Below, in pieces: positions 1 through 8,628 of a DNA stretch of 64,000 bases. Position 1 is the stretch's first letter. Each line of letters begins with the position of its first letter. The translations under genes were made by a program, and so were the position numbers. A model generated the notes under the pieces. The model had not been told where the DNA came from, made no database searches, and was given only the letters and a program-made list of their open reading frames with translations. The stretch is from an uncultured Clostridia bacterium (GTDB taxonomy: Bacteria; Bacillota; Clostridia; TANB77; CAG-508): contig CAUWBF010000004.1 of NCBI GenBank assembly GCA_963557785.1, positions 36,776 to 100,775 on the forward strand. The letters run 5' to 3'.

Positions 1-473
1 AGGAAAAAATAGAAATAATAAATGAAGATATAAAAAATATTTCTAAAATATTTAATAGGAATTCCATAGATGTTATAGTAACAAATCCACCATATAAAGA
101 GATAAATAGGGGAATTATAAATAATAACGAAAATAAAATAATTTCAAGACATGAAGTGAAGGCTAATTTAGAAGATTTTATAAAAGTATCATCTGAATTA
201 TTAAAAGATTATGGAGAGCTTTATATGGTAAACAGACCAGAAAGAATCGTCGATATAATTGAATATATGAGAAAATATAAGATAGAGCCCAAAAATATTA
301 AATTTGTTTATCCAAAAATAAATAAAGAACCAAATTTAATATTAGTAAAAGCAGTTAAAAATGCAAAAAAATTTATTAAAATAGAAAAACCATTAATTAT
401 ATATGATAACAATAATAATTATACAGAAGAAATATATAAAATATATAATAAAAAAGTAGAAGGAGAAAATTAA
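1..473 (+). CDS. Class I SAM-dependent methyltransferase, YabB/TrmN6-like; 5' end truncated by the window edge
   Basis: The open frame runs from the window start to the stop at 471-473. It contains the VTNPPY (NPPY) motif typical of N6-adenine methyltransferases, and the gene sits upstream of rsmI as yabB does in Bacillus. Confidence 0.7.
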   Translation, partial: EKIEIINEDIKNISKIFNRNSIDVIVTNPPYKEINRGIINNNENKIISRHEVKANLEDFIKVSSELLKDYGELYMVNRPERIVDIIEYMRKYKIEPKNIKFVYPKINKEPNLILVKAVKNAKKFIKIEKPLIIYDNNNNYTEEIYKIYNKKVEGEN

Positions 474-1291
474 TGAAGGGAAAATTATATATTGTAGCAA
501 CTCCAATAGGAAATTTAGAAGATATTACATTAAGAGCAATAAATGTATTAAAAGATGTAGATATTATTGCTGCTGAAGATACAAGACATACTTTAAAATT
601 ATTAAATCATTTAGAAATATCAAAGCCATTAATAAGTTATCATAGACACAACGAGGATATAAAAACAGATATGCTAATAGGTAAATTATTAGATGGAAAT
701 AATATTGCATTAGTATCTGATGCAGGGACACCTGCAATATCTGATCCTGGGGAAGAAATTGTAAAAGAAGCTATAAAAAATCAAATAGAAGTTGTTCCAA
801 TACCGGGTGCATGCGCAGCAATTACAGCATTAGTAGGTTCAGGAATGTCTACAAAAGAATTTTCTTTTTTAGGTTTTTTGCCATTAAATAAAAAATTAAG
901 AAAAAATAAATTAGAAGAAATAAAAAATGCGACTAAAACATTAATAATATATGAAGCTCCTCATAAACTAATTAATACATTAGAAGATTTAAAAGAAATA
1001 ATAGGAGAAAGAAAAGTAGTTTTAGCTAGAGAATTAACTAAAATACATGAAGAATTTATTAGAGGCAATATTGATAATATTTTAGAAAAAACAGATAAAA
1101 TAAAGGGTGAATGTATTTTAATAGTAGAAGGAAATAAAGAAGAAAATCAAGAAAATAGTTTTTTGAATATGAGTTTAGAAGAACATTATAAATATTATGA
1201 AAAAAAAGGGTATAATAAAAAGGAAATAATAAAACAAATAGCAAAAGATAGAAATGTGAATAAAAATGAAATATATATGAAATTCATATAA
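473..1291 (+). CDS. rsmI: 16S rRNA (cytidine1402-2'-O)-methyltransferase RsmI
   Basis: Tetrapyrrole-methylase-fold N-terminus (KLYIVATPIGNLEDITLRAINVLKDVDIIAAEDTRHT). The start overlaps the upstream stop as TAATG. Confidence 0.9.
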   Translation: MKGKLYIVATPIGNLEDITLRAINVLKDVDIIAAEDTRHTLKLLNHLEISKPLISYHRHNEDIKTDMLIGKLLDGNNIALVSDAGTPAISDPGEEIVKEAIKNQIEVVPIPGACAAITALVGSGMSTKEFSFLGFLPLNKKLRKNKLEEIKNATKTLIIYEAPHKLINTLEDLKEIIGERKVVLARELTKIHEEFIRGNIDNILEKTDKIKGECILIVEGNKEENQENSFLNMSLEEHYKYYEKKGYNKKEIIKQIAKDRNVNKNEIYMKFI

Positions 1292-1310
1292 AAAAAGATT
1301 AACATTAATG

Positions 1311-1589
1311 TTAATCTTTTTTATTTTCATCTCCATTTATTTTACTAAATTCACAAGAAATTTTACTAGAACATTTCTCGCATATTAATTTATCATTAAA
1401 TTGTAATAAGTTTTTTGAACCACCACAGAAGATACAATTTTGTTCGAATTTTTTTAAGACGATAGATGTGCCATCAACAAATATTTCAATAGGATCTTTT
1501 TCTTTAATATCAAATTTATTTCTTAATTCTATTGGTATAACGACTCTACCTAATTCGTCTACTCTTCTTACAATACCTGTAGATTTCAT
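1311..1589 (-). CDS. abrB: AbrB-family transition-state regulator with a Cys-rich C-terminal region
   Basis: The N-terminus MKSTGIVRRVDELGRVVIPIELR is the SpoVT/AbrB swapped-hairpin domain. An AAGGAGG RBS precedes the start, and the gene lies next to rsmI as in Bacillus. Confidence 0.85.
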   Translation of the reverse strand: MKSTGIVRRVDELGRVVIPIELRNKFDIKEKDPIEIFVDGTSIVLKKFEQNCIFCGGSKNLLQFNDKLICEKCSSKISCEFSKINGDENKKD

Positions 1590-1765
1590 AAGTAAATTTT
1601 CCTCCTTGTAAGTTAATTATATTATTAAAAGTATAATATCATATAAAAAATAAGAGGTCAATAACAAAAAATGACATATAAATAAAATTAAATTAATAGA
1701 GCAAATAATTTTTTGCATTATTTTTTAATAATTTGAATAGAGATAAAGTATAGAAAGGAGAAAAA

Positions 1766-2353
1766 ATGTTAAATTATATTTGGCCAATTTTTATATTAAT
1801 TTCTATTATGTATGCAGTAGTTGTTGGAAATGTTGAATCAATAAATAATGGAATATTTGATTCATGCAAAAATGCTGTTGAATTAACAATAACTTTTTTG
1901 GGAACTGTTTGCTTATGGACAGGATTAATGGAAATTGTAAAAAATACTAGTATAATAGAAAAATTAAAAAAAATATTAAGTCCATTAATGAAAATACTTT
2001 TTAAAAATATTGATAAAAATGATGAAGTATATGATGAAATAAGTATGAATATAATTGCAAATGTTTTAGGGTTAGGAAATGCAGCAACACCAATAGGGCT
2101 AAAAGCTATGGAAAGTTTACAAAAAATAAACAAAAATAAGGAAACGCTATCCGATGAAATGTTAATGCTTATTATTTTAAATACAGCATCAATACAATTA
2201 ATTCCTACTACTGTAATTGCCATAAGAAATTCATTAGGTTCTATAAACTCAACAAAAATAATTATACCTGTTTGGATAGCAACTATTTGTGCAGCTGTAT
2301 CCGGAATTATTGCTACTAAAACAATTATACACAGAAAAAATAAAGGAATGTGA
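1766..2353 (+). CDS. spmA: Spore maturation protein A (nucleoside-recognition-domain membrane protein)
   Basis: Polytopic membrane protein with a SpmA-like N-terminus, immediately followed by spmB. Confidence 0.8.
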   Translation: MLNYIWPIFILISIMYAVVVGNVESINNGIFDSCKNAVELTITFLGTVCLWTGLMEIVKNTSIIEKLKKILSPLMKILFKNIDKNDEVYDEISMNIIANVLGLGNAATPIGLKAMESLQKINKNKETLSDEMLMLIILNTASIQLIPTTVIAIRNSLGSINSTKIIIPVWIATICAAVSGIIATKTIIHRKNKGM

Positions 2354-2358
2354 ATTAA

Positions 2359-2883
2359 ATGAAAATAATTAATTATTTATCAACAATTATATTACCAATA
2401 ATTATTTTAATAATTATTGGTTTTGGAATAAGTGAAAAAATAAATGTCTATGATTTATTTATTAAAGGTGCAAAAAATGGAATGAAAACAGTTGTAAAAT
2501 TATATCCAACATTATTAGGTATATTTATTGCGATAGGGTTATTAAGAGCTTCTGGAGTTATAGATTTCATTATAAAACTAATTTATCCTATAATTAGTTT
2601 TTTAAATATTCCAAAAGAGATAATGCCGTTAGCAATGTTAAGACCAATATCTGGTAGTGCATCTATGGCAGTAGCGAATGATATTATGAAAAATTATGGA
2701 GTAGATAGTAAAATTGGATTAATTGCTTCTGTAATTATGGGTTCTACAGAAACAACATTTTATACAATAGCTGTATATACAAGTAGTGTAAAAGTAAAAA
2801 AAACTAGAAATATATTGATAGCTTCATTAATTGCAGATGTAGTGGGAATATTAATCTCCGTATTAATTTGTACATATGTATAA
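2359..2883 (+). CDS. spmB: Spore maturation protein B
   Basis: Membrane protein paired with spmA. Confidence 0.8.
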   Translation: MKIINYLSTIILPIIILIIIGFGISEKINVYDLFIKGAKNGMKTVVKLYPTLLGIFIAIGLLRASGVIDFIIKLIYPIISFLNIPKEIMPLAMLRPISGSASMAVANDIMKNYGVDSKIGLIASVIMGSTETTFYTIAVYTSSVKVKKTRNILIASLIADVVGILISVLICTYV

Positions 2884-2912
2884 TTATGTAGTTTTTTGTC
2901 GATGAGTTTTTG

Positions 2913-2941
2913 TTGACATCTAAATAAATAGGTAGTATATT
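2913..2941 (+). promoter_or_regulatory. Sigma-A-like promoter (TTGACA, 17 nt spacer, TATATT)
   Basis: TTGACA at 2913-2918, a 17 nt spacer and TATATT at 2936-2941. The element sits in a 310 bp gap and points at a 42-codon ORF. Confidence 0.4.
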
Positions 2942-2977
2942 ATCAACATAATTTATTTCAAAAATTAAGGAATTAAA

Positions 2978-3106
2978 ATGAATTTTAAAATAATTTTATT
3001 TATTTCGATATTTTTTATTTCTAAAAAGTCAATAGAAAAAATCTTTTCGAAAAAAATCACAAAAAAATTAAATAAGTTTTTAATCTTACAGAAGGAACAA
3101 CAATAA
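2978..3106 (+). CDS. Candidate small protein (42 aa), MNFKIILFISIFFISKKSIEKIFSKKITKKLNKFLILQKEQQ; hydrophobic N-terminus and basic tail
   Basis: An ATG 7 nt after an AAGGA RBS, downstream of a consensus-like promoter. No homolog is recognised, so the call is speculative. Confidence 0.25.
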   Translation: MNFKIILFISIFFISKKSIEKIFSKKITKKLNKFLILQKEQQ

Positions 3107-3193
3107 TCTCTCTAGTATTTATTTTCTAGCTCCCCCCTTATTAAGCAAAAAATAAAAAACTAAGTTCCTTCTGTATGCCCCCTAAATATATGA

Positions 3194-3676
3194 TTACCAA
3201 TGATAAGTTTCATTATGAGAAATTTTAAAAGCTCTAAATAATTGTTCAAGTAAAAATATACGTATTAATTGATGTGGAAATGTCATTTTAGAAAAACATA
3301 TTTTTTCGTTACACATATTTAGAATATCTGAATGAATTCCTAAAGTACCACCAATTATAAAAGTTATCGAACTATTATAATTAACAGAAATATTATCAAT
3401 TTTTTTTGAAAAATCTTCTGAAGAAAATTGTTTGCCATTTAAATCAAGACATATTATATAAGAATCTTTTTTTATAGCTGACATTATTTTTTGTCCTTCT
3501 TTATATTTAATAGATTCTATTATAGAATTATTAATTTTATTAGGCAATTTTTCATCTTGTAATTCAGTAATATTGAAATTACAGTATTTTGATAATCGCT
3601 TAGAATATTCACAAACAGCATCTTTAAAAAAGGTTTCTTTTAATTTACCAACACAAATAATATTTATATTTAACAT
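3194..3676 (-). CDS. rlmH: 23S rRNA (pseudouridine1915-N3)-methyltransferase RlmH
   Basis: SPOUT-family sequence with an MLNINIICVGKLKE N-terminus and a length of about 160 aa. Confidence 0.9.
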   Translation of the reverse strand: MLNINIICVGKLKETFFKDAVCEYSKRLSKYCNFNITELQDEKLPNKINNSIIESIKYKEGQKIMSAIKKDSYIICLDLNGKQFSSEDFSKKIDNISVNYNSSITFIIGGTLGIHSDILNMCNEKICFSKMTFPHQLIRIFLLEQLFRAFKISHNETYHW

Positions 3677-3693
3677 TTATTACTCCTTATAAA

Positions 3694-4482
3694 TTATATC
3701 TCTATAGTACACCCAGGTTTTTCTCTACTAGCAACATTAAGTGAAAAATTATTTTCATTAAAATTATTTGAAATTAATTCATCTATTACAGTTTTATATG
3801 CTAATTCTGGAAAATTATTTTCTTTACTTAAATGACCAAGAATAACATTATTTAATCCCGATTTTGATAAATAAGAAATAGTTTTACCAGCCATTTCATT
3901 AGAAAGATGCCCATTAGGACCAGAAATTCTAGTTTTAAGTTTATATGGATATGAACAACATTTTAATATTTCTGGATCATAATTAGCTTCAAGCATTAAA
4001 AAATTACTACCTTCTAATTTTGATAATATCTCATTAGTCATATGACCAATATCTGTTGCTATACTAATTTTTTTATTATCTTTATATATATTAAAGCCAC
4101 AAGGATCAGCAGCATCGTGCGGAATAGAGAAGGAATCAATTTTTAAATCATTTATTTCAAATACTTCGCCAATATGAAATATTTTTTGATTTTTTTCTGA
4201 TATTTTATCCTTTTGTTTTGGCATATTATTCCAAGTTTTTGGATTAGCATAAACAGGAATATTATATTTAGAAGAAATAGTTCCTAAGCTATTAACATGA
4301 TCTATATGTTCATGTGTTACAATAACTGCATCTATTTTATCTATGCTGGTATTAAAAGAAGTAAGTGCATCAACTATCTTCTTTGCACTTACTCCTGTAT
4401 CTATTAAAATATTTGTATTTTGAGTTTGTACAAGCAAACTATTTCCTGTACTTCCACTATATAAACTAGTAAAATTTAACAT
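3694..4482 (-). CDS. MBL-fold metallo-hydrolase (YycJ/WalJ-like)
   Basis: HEHIDH (HxHxDH) metallo-beta-lactamase motif. The length and N-terminus resemble YycJ. Confidence 0.75.
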   Translation of the reverse strand: MLNFTSLYSGSTGNSLLVQTQNTNILIDTGVSAKKIVDALTSFNTSIDKIDAVIVTHEHIDHVNSLGTISSKYNIPVYANPKTWNNMPKQKDKISEKNQKIFHIGEVFEINDLKIDSFSIPHDAADPCGFNIYKDNKKISIATDIGHMTNEILSKLEGSNFLMLEANYDPEILKCCSYPYKLKTRISGPNGHLSNEMAGKTISYLSKSGLNNVILGHLSKENNFPELAYKTVIDELISNNFNENNFSLNVASREKPGCTIEI

Positions 4483-4495
4483 TTTAATACTTCCT

Positions 4496-5776
4496 TTATT
4501 CTTCCGTTACTCTTTTTATATTTGCACCTAATTTTCTAAATTTTTCTTCTATTTTTTCATAACCTCTATCTACATATTGTAAGTTATATACTTCAGTTGT
4601 ACCGTGTGCTACAATTCCTGCAATAATTAAGGCAGCTCCAGCTCTTAAGTCTGTTGAGTATACAGGTGCTCCAGAAATTGATTCAACTCCTTCAAATACA
4701 GCAGTTTTTCCTTGAGCTGTTATATTTGCTCCCATTTTATTTAATTCGGCTGTATATTGAAATCTAGATTCCCAAATACTTTCATTTATAATACTTGTTC
4801 CTTTTGCAATAGAAAGTAAAACTCCAAATTGTGATTGCAAGTCAGTAGGAAATCCTGGGTAAGGCAATGTTTTTATGGTTGCTCTTTTAGGTCTTTTTGT
4901 GCACCAAACTCTTAAAGAATCTCCATTAATATTTTTAACATGTCCACCAACTTCTAATATTTTGGCGGTAATACAATCTAAATGTTCAGGAATGCAATTT
5001 TTTATAATAATATCTCCTTTTGTAGCAACTGCAGCAATCATAAAAGTTCCAGCTTCTATTTGGTCAGGAACTATAGAATATGTAGAGTTTCCTTCTAACT
5101 TACTCACACCATTAATCTTTATTACATCAGTACCAGCACCACGAATATCAGCACCAACAGAATTTAAAAAATTTGCGACATCAACGACATGTGGTTCTTT
5201 TGCAGCATTTTCTATTATAGTTGTGCCATCAGCAAGAACAGCTGCTAGCATTATATTTATTGTTGCACCCACAGATGTAACATCTAAGTATACAGAATTT
5301 CCAACTAAGCTTTCAGCAGTTGCCGTTATTTTACCTTGTGAAACATCGACTGATGCACCTAAAGCTTCAAAACCTTTAATGTGTTGATCTATAGGTCTTG
5401 CACCTAAATTACAACCACCAGGTAGTCCAACTTCCACAGAATGGCATCTACCTAAAAGTGCACCTATTAAATAATAAGATGCTCTAAATTTGCTAGTCAT
5501 ATCTAAAGGTGTTTTAGTAGAATTTATATGTCTAGTATCTATACGTATAGAATTATTACTTAACCATGTTATTTTTACACCGATTTCTTCTAGTATTTTG
5601 CAAGATATTTGAATATCACTTATATTAGGTAAGTTTTCTATAGTGCAAATTCCATCAACTAAAAGTGTAGCTGGTAATATTGCAACAGCAGCATTTTTTG
5701 CGCCACTAATTATTACCTCGCCTTTTAAGGATGTTCCACCAGTAATAACTAATTTATCCAAAATAATTACCTCCAA
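4496..5776 (-). CDS. murA: UDP-N-acetylglucosamine 1-carboxyvinyltransferase MurA
   Basis: The N-terminus (KLVITGGTSLKGEVIISGAKNAAVAILPATLL) and the 426 aa length match the EPT family MurA. Confidence 0.95.
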   Translation of the reverse strand: MEVIILDKLVITGGTSLKGEVIISGAKNAAVAILPATLLVDGICTIENLPNISDIQISCKILEEIGVKITWLSNNSIRIDTRHINSTKTPLDMTSKFRASYYLIGALLGRCHSVEVGLPGGCNLGARPIDQHIKGFEALGASVDVSQGKITATAESLVGNSVYLDVTSVGATINIMLAAVLADGTTIIENAAKEPHVVDVANFLNSVGADIRGAGTDVIKINGVSKLEGNSTYSIVPDQIEAGTFMIAAVATKGDIIIKNCIPEHLDCITAKILEVGGHVKNINGDSLRVWCTKRPKRATIKTLPYPGFPTDLQSQFGVLLSIAKGTSIINESIWESRFQYTAELNKMGANITAQGKTAVFEGVESISGAPVYSTDLRAGAALIIAGIVAHGTTEVYNLQYVDRGYEKIEEKFRKLGANIKRVTEE

Positions 5777-5878
5777 TAGTAGTTCAAAATAAAAAAGAGT
5801 GTATATAACACTCTAATATTCTAAAATATACCATAAAAGATTATTATTTACAACTATATTTTTATAAATAATAAATTA

Positions 5879-6553
5879 CTAGATATCTTTATGGGCAGTT
5901 GAAATATTTGTATTATTTAATAGTTCAATTAATTTAAATTTAAATTTAATTACTGTATCGGTTGAGCTTTCTGAATTTCCATTTGCAATAAGACTATATT
6001 CTTCATTTGTTAAACTATCTTTGATAGTATCTTTAGATTCTTCAGGAACAATACCACTACTCACGTCTACGAAACATAATGGAGGAAACATTACACACCA
6101 CCAGTTTTGTCCTTGAGATTTTCCAATTTCAATTTTTATAGCATCATAATTTCCAGCTGGAAAGGAAATATCTCCATAACTTTTAGTAGGAAAATGAAAA
6201 TTACCAAAATCAATATTAACATCATAATTAAATCCATTTTCCATAATGGTTTGTTTAGCAATATTTAAAAAATTTTCTTTGTTATTTTTTGCTAATTCTA
6301 ATGCCTCTTCTTTAGAGGTAATATTTTCTGAAATAGAATTCATATAATTTATTATATTATCTCTTACTTTATATTTTAAATTTTGATCTTCTATAGCATC
6401 ACTATTTGCAATTACGTGTAAGCGAAGTACACTATCAGATAAATCTTCAGAAACAGCATAAGTATAATTTGTAGCTAATAAGTATATATATAATAAAAAC
6501 AAAATACTTATTATGACAGTAAATTTTATTTTTTCAAATTTTATAAATTTCAT
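5879..6553 (-). CDS. spoIIR: Stage II sporulation protein R
   Basis: Signal/TM N-terminus followed by the conserved RLHVIANSD motif of SpoIIR. Confidence 0.85.
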   Translation of the reverse strand: MKFIKFEKIKFTVIISILFLLYIYLLATNYTYAVSEDLSDSVLRLHVIANSDAIEDQNLKYKVRDNIINYMNSISENITSKEEALELAKNNKENFLNIAKQTIMENGFNYDVNIDFGNFHFPTKSYGDISFPAGNYDAIKIEIGKSQGQNWWCVMFPPLCFVDVSSGIVPEESKDTIKDSLTNEEYSLIANGNSESSTDTVIKFKFKLIELLNNTNISTAHKDI

Positions 6554-6678
6554 GTAGTCCTCCCTGTAAATAAAAAATATGTTAAATTATTTCTTTAAAA
6601 AAAGTATTAACCAAAATTAAAAAAATATTCAATATAAAAAAATGTCGAAAAAAACAGGTAAATTAAAGGAATTTTGCA

Positions 6679-6707
6679 TTGACACTAAAAAACAAAAATG
6701 GTAAAAT
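6679..6707 (+). promoter_or_regulatory. Sigma-A-like promoter (TTGACA, 17 nt spacer, TAAAAT)
   Basis: TTGACA at 6679-6684 and TAAAAT at 6702-6707, about 30 nt upstream of a GAGGAGG RBS and the ATG at 6739. Confidence 0.45.
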
Positions 6708-6738
6708 ATGGAAATACAAAACCGAGGAGGTTACTAAT

Positions 6739-7260
6739 ATGTTAAATGAAAATAATTTCAAAAGGATGTGTAGTTTTTATGTGAGTGATATTCATTTATC
6801 TACAATGATATTACCATACTTATCTGAAAAATTAGAGAAAGGAGAAATTCTAACTACTTTTTTAGAAAAAGATATACAAAGAGAAATGGAATTATTAGTA
6901 TCAAAAACAAATATTAGAGAAAGTTTAAAAAATATAATAAAAAATATAGATTGGAATAAAACAGATATTATTAAATATACGGAATTAGAAAAAAAACTTA
7001 AAAAATATGATGGTAGAGTAAATATTTTAGTTACGGGAACAGAAGATTATATAAATCATACAAGTAAAAATTTACAAAAATATTTACAAAAAAATAATAA
7101 TATTAAAATTAATGAAATAGATGCATATGAATTAGAAGAAAATAAAAATAAATTTAATGAAATATTAAAAAGATATACATATATGTTAAATACTTCAGGA
7201 GAATATTTAGTAACGGATATATTTAAAAGCGAGGATATAAATAAGAAAGAAATTATATAG
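6739..7260 (+). CDS. Hypothetical cytoplasmic protein (173 aa)
   Basis: The start is chosen at the ATG with a GAGGAGG SD. The upstream extension in the ORF track overlaps both the promoter and the SD. No family is recognised. Confidence 0.5.
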   Translation: MLNENNFKRMCSFYVSDIHLSTMILPYLSEKLEKGEILTTFLEKDIQREMELLVSKTNIRESLKNIIKNIDWNKTDIIKYTELEKKLKKYDGRVNILVTGTEDYINHTSKNLQKYLQKNNNIKINEIDAYELEENKNKFNEILKRYTYMLNTSGEYLVTDIFKSEDINKKEII

Positions 7261-7266
7261 TAAATG

Positions 7267-7295
7267 TTGACTAAAAACTTTTTATAGTATACTAT
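7267..7295 (+). promoter_or_regulatory. Putative promoter (TTGACT, 17 nt spacer, TACTAT)
   Basis: Hexamers spaced 17 nt apart, upstream of the UDPGP-family gene. Confidence 0.3.
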
Positions 7296-7337
7296 ATACT
7301 TGTTATTTATGATATAAAGAATAAAGGAAGGCACAGA

Positions 7338-8579
7338 ATGGAAAAATTAGAAGAAGTAAAAAAAATACTAAGTAAATATGGACAAGAACATTTACTAGTA
7401 TGCTATGAAAAACTTTCAAATGAGGACAAAGAAAAATTGTTAGATCAAATTCTATCAATAGATTTTGACTTAATGAATGAATTATATGAAGGAACAAAAA
7501 AATCTATTGATATGGGAAATGACGAAATAGCACCTATAGGATATGTTGACAAAAGCAAATTAACAGAAGAAGAATATAATGAACTAGATTCATTAGGTGC
7601 TAATGCTATTAAAGCTGGTAAATTAGCAGTATTAACTATGGCAGGAGGACAAGGTACACGTTTAGGATATAATGGACCAAAAGGAACATTTGACTTAGGT
7701 TTAGATTCTCATAAAACACTTTTTGAATTAATGTGCGATACTTTAAAAGAAGCTAAAGAAAAATATGGTGTATATGTTCCATGGTACATAATGACAAGTA
7801 ATGAAAACAATAAACAAACTACAGAATTTTTTGAATCACATAATTATTTTGGGTATCCAAAAGAAAACGTTAAATTCTTTATCCAAGGCGAATTACCAAT
7901 GATAGGTACAGATGGAAAAGTATTAGTTAACGAAAATGGATTAGTAAAACTAGCAGCTGATGGACATGGCGGAGTATTTGATGCTATGATAAAATCAAAA
8001 GTCCTAGAAGATATGAAAAATAGAAATATTGAATGGATTTTTGTTGGACCAGTTGATAATCCATTAGTAAATATGGTTGATTCTATATTAGTTGGTTTAG
8101 CAGAAAAAAATAAATGTACTGCTGCAGGAAAATCTGTTGTTAAAGCAAATCCAGAGGAAAGAGTAGGGGTATTCTGTACAAGAAATGGTAAACCAAGTGT
8201 TGTTGAATATACAGAAATAACTACAGAAATGGCAAATCAAACTGATGAAAATGGAGAATTAGTATATGGTGAATCTCATATTAATTGTAATTTATTTAAT
8301 ATAGAGAGAATTAATACTATTGCAAAAAATAAATTACCATATCATTCAGCATTTAAAAAAGCAAAATATATAGATGAAAATGGAAAATTAGTAGAATCTA
8401 CTACACCAAATGCATATAAATTTGAAGCTTTTATCTTTGATGCTTTCACAAGTTTAGACAGCATGGCAATTTTAAGAGTAAAAAGAGAAGATGAATTTGC
8501 TCCTGTTAAAAATGCAGAAGGTAATGATAGCCCAGCAACATCAAGAGAATTATATAAAAAATTTCATGGAATAAAATAA
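7338..8579 (+). CDS. UDPGP-family UDP-sugar pyrophosphorylase (UDP-GlcNAc/UDP-glucose pyrophosphorylase-like)
   Basis: LTMAGGQGTRLG nucleotide-binding motif of the eukaryotic-type UDPGP family (PF01704-like), 413 aa. Confidence 0.75.
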   Translation: MEKLEEVKKILSKYGQEHLLVCYEKLSNEDKEKLLDQILSIDFDLMNELYEGTKKSIDMGNDEIAPIGYVDKSKLTEEEYNELDSLGANAIKAGKLAVLTMAGGQGTRLGYNGPKGTFDLGLDSHKTLFELMCDTLKEAKEKYGVYVPWYIMTSNENNKQTTEFFESHNYFGYPKENVKFFIQGELPMIGTDGKVLVNENGLVKLAADGHGGVFDAMIKSKVLEDMKNRNIEWIFVGPVDNPLVNMVDSILVGLAEKNKCTAAGKSVVKANPEERVGVFCTRNGKPSVVEYTEITTEMANQTDENGELVYGESHINCNLFNIERINTIAKNKLPYHSAFKKAKYIDENGKLVESTTPNAYKFEAFIFDAFTSLDSMAILRVKREDEFAPVKNAEGNDSPATSRELYKKFHGIK

Positions 8580-8583
8580 TTTA

Positions 8584-8607
8584 AAAGGGCGCAGATAAGC
8601 GCCCTTA
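8584..8607 (+). terminator. GC-rich hairpin (AAGGGCGC-AGATAA-GCGCCCTT) between the UDPGP gene and the pgm gene
   Basis: Perfect 8 bp GC-rich stem in an AT-rich background. No T-run follows, so it may be an attenuator, a processing site or a stability hairpin rather than a terminator. Confidence 0.3.
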
Positions 8608-8628
8608 AAGTGTATTTGGAGGTAAAAA

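Noticed and set aside
1059-1244. Minus-strand 61 aa ORF inside rsmI. Similar antisense or internal ORFs occur at 1774-2223, 4875-5387, 7056-7497, 9140-9439, 13091-13507, 13845-14027, 14284-14718, 14881-15129, 15223-15957, 17413-17655, 18086-18496, 18931-19266, 36356-36769, 43573-43962, 45717-47820, 49237-50577, 56886-57344, 58005-58706, 61058-61494 and 62003-62968.
   Set aside because: They all lie within, and antisense to or out of frame with, well-supported conserved genes. Their translations are low-complexity Leu/Phe/Ile/Tyr-rich strings, as expected from AT-rich DNA, and they lack an RBS.
6640-6656. 14-mer AAAAATGTCGAAAA shared between 6643 and 28344.
   Set aside because: A single 14 nt match in 64 kb of about 73% AT DNA is expected by chance. 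It has no consistent position relative to the genes.
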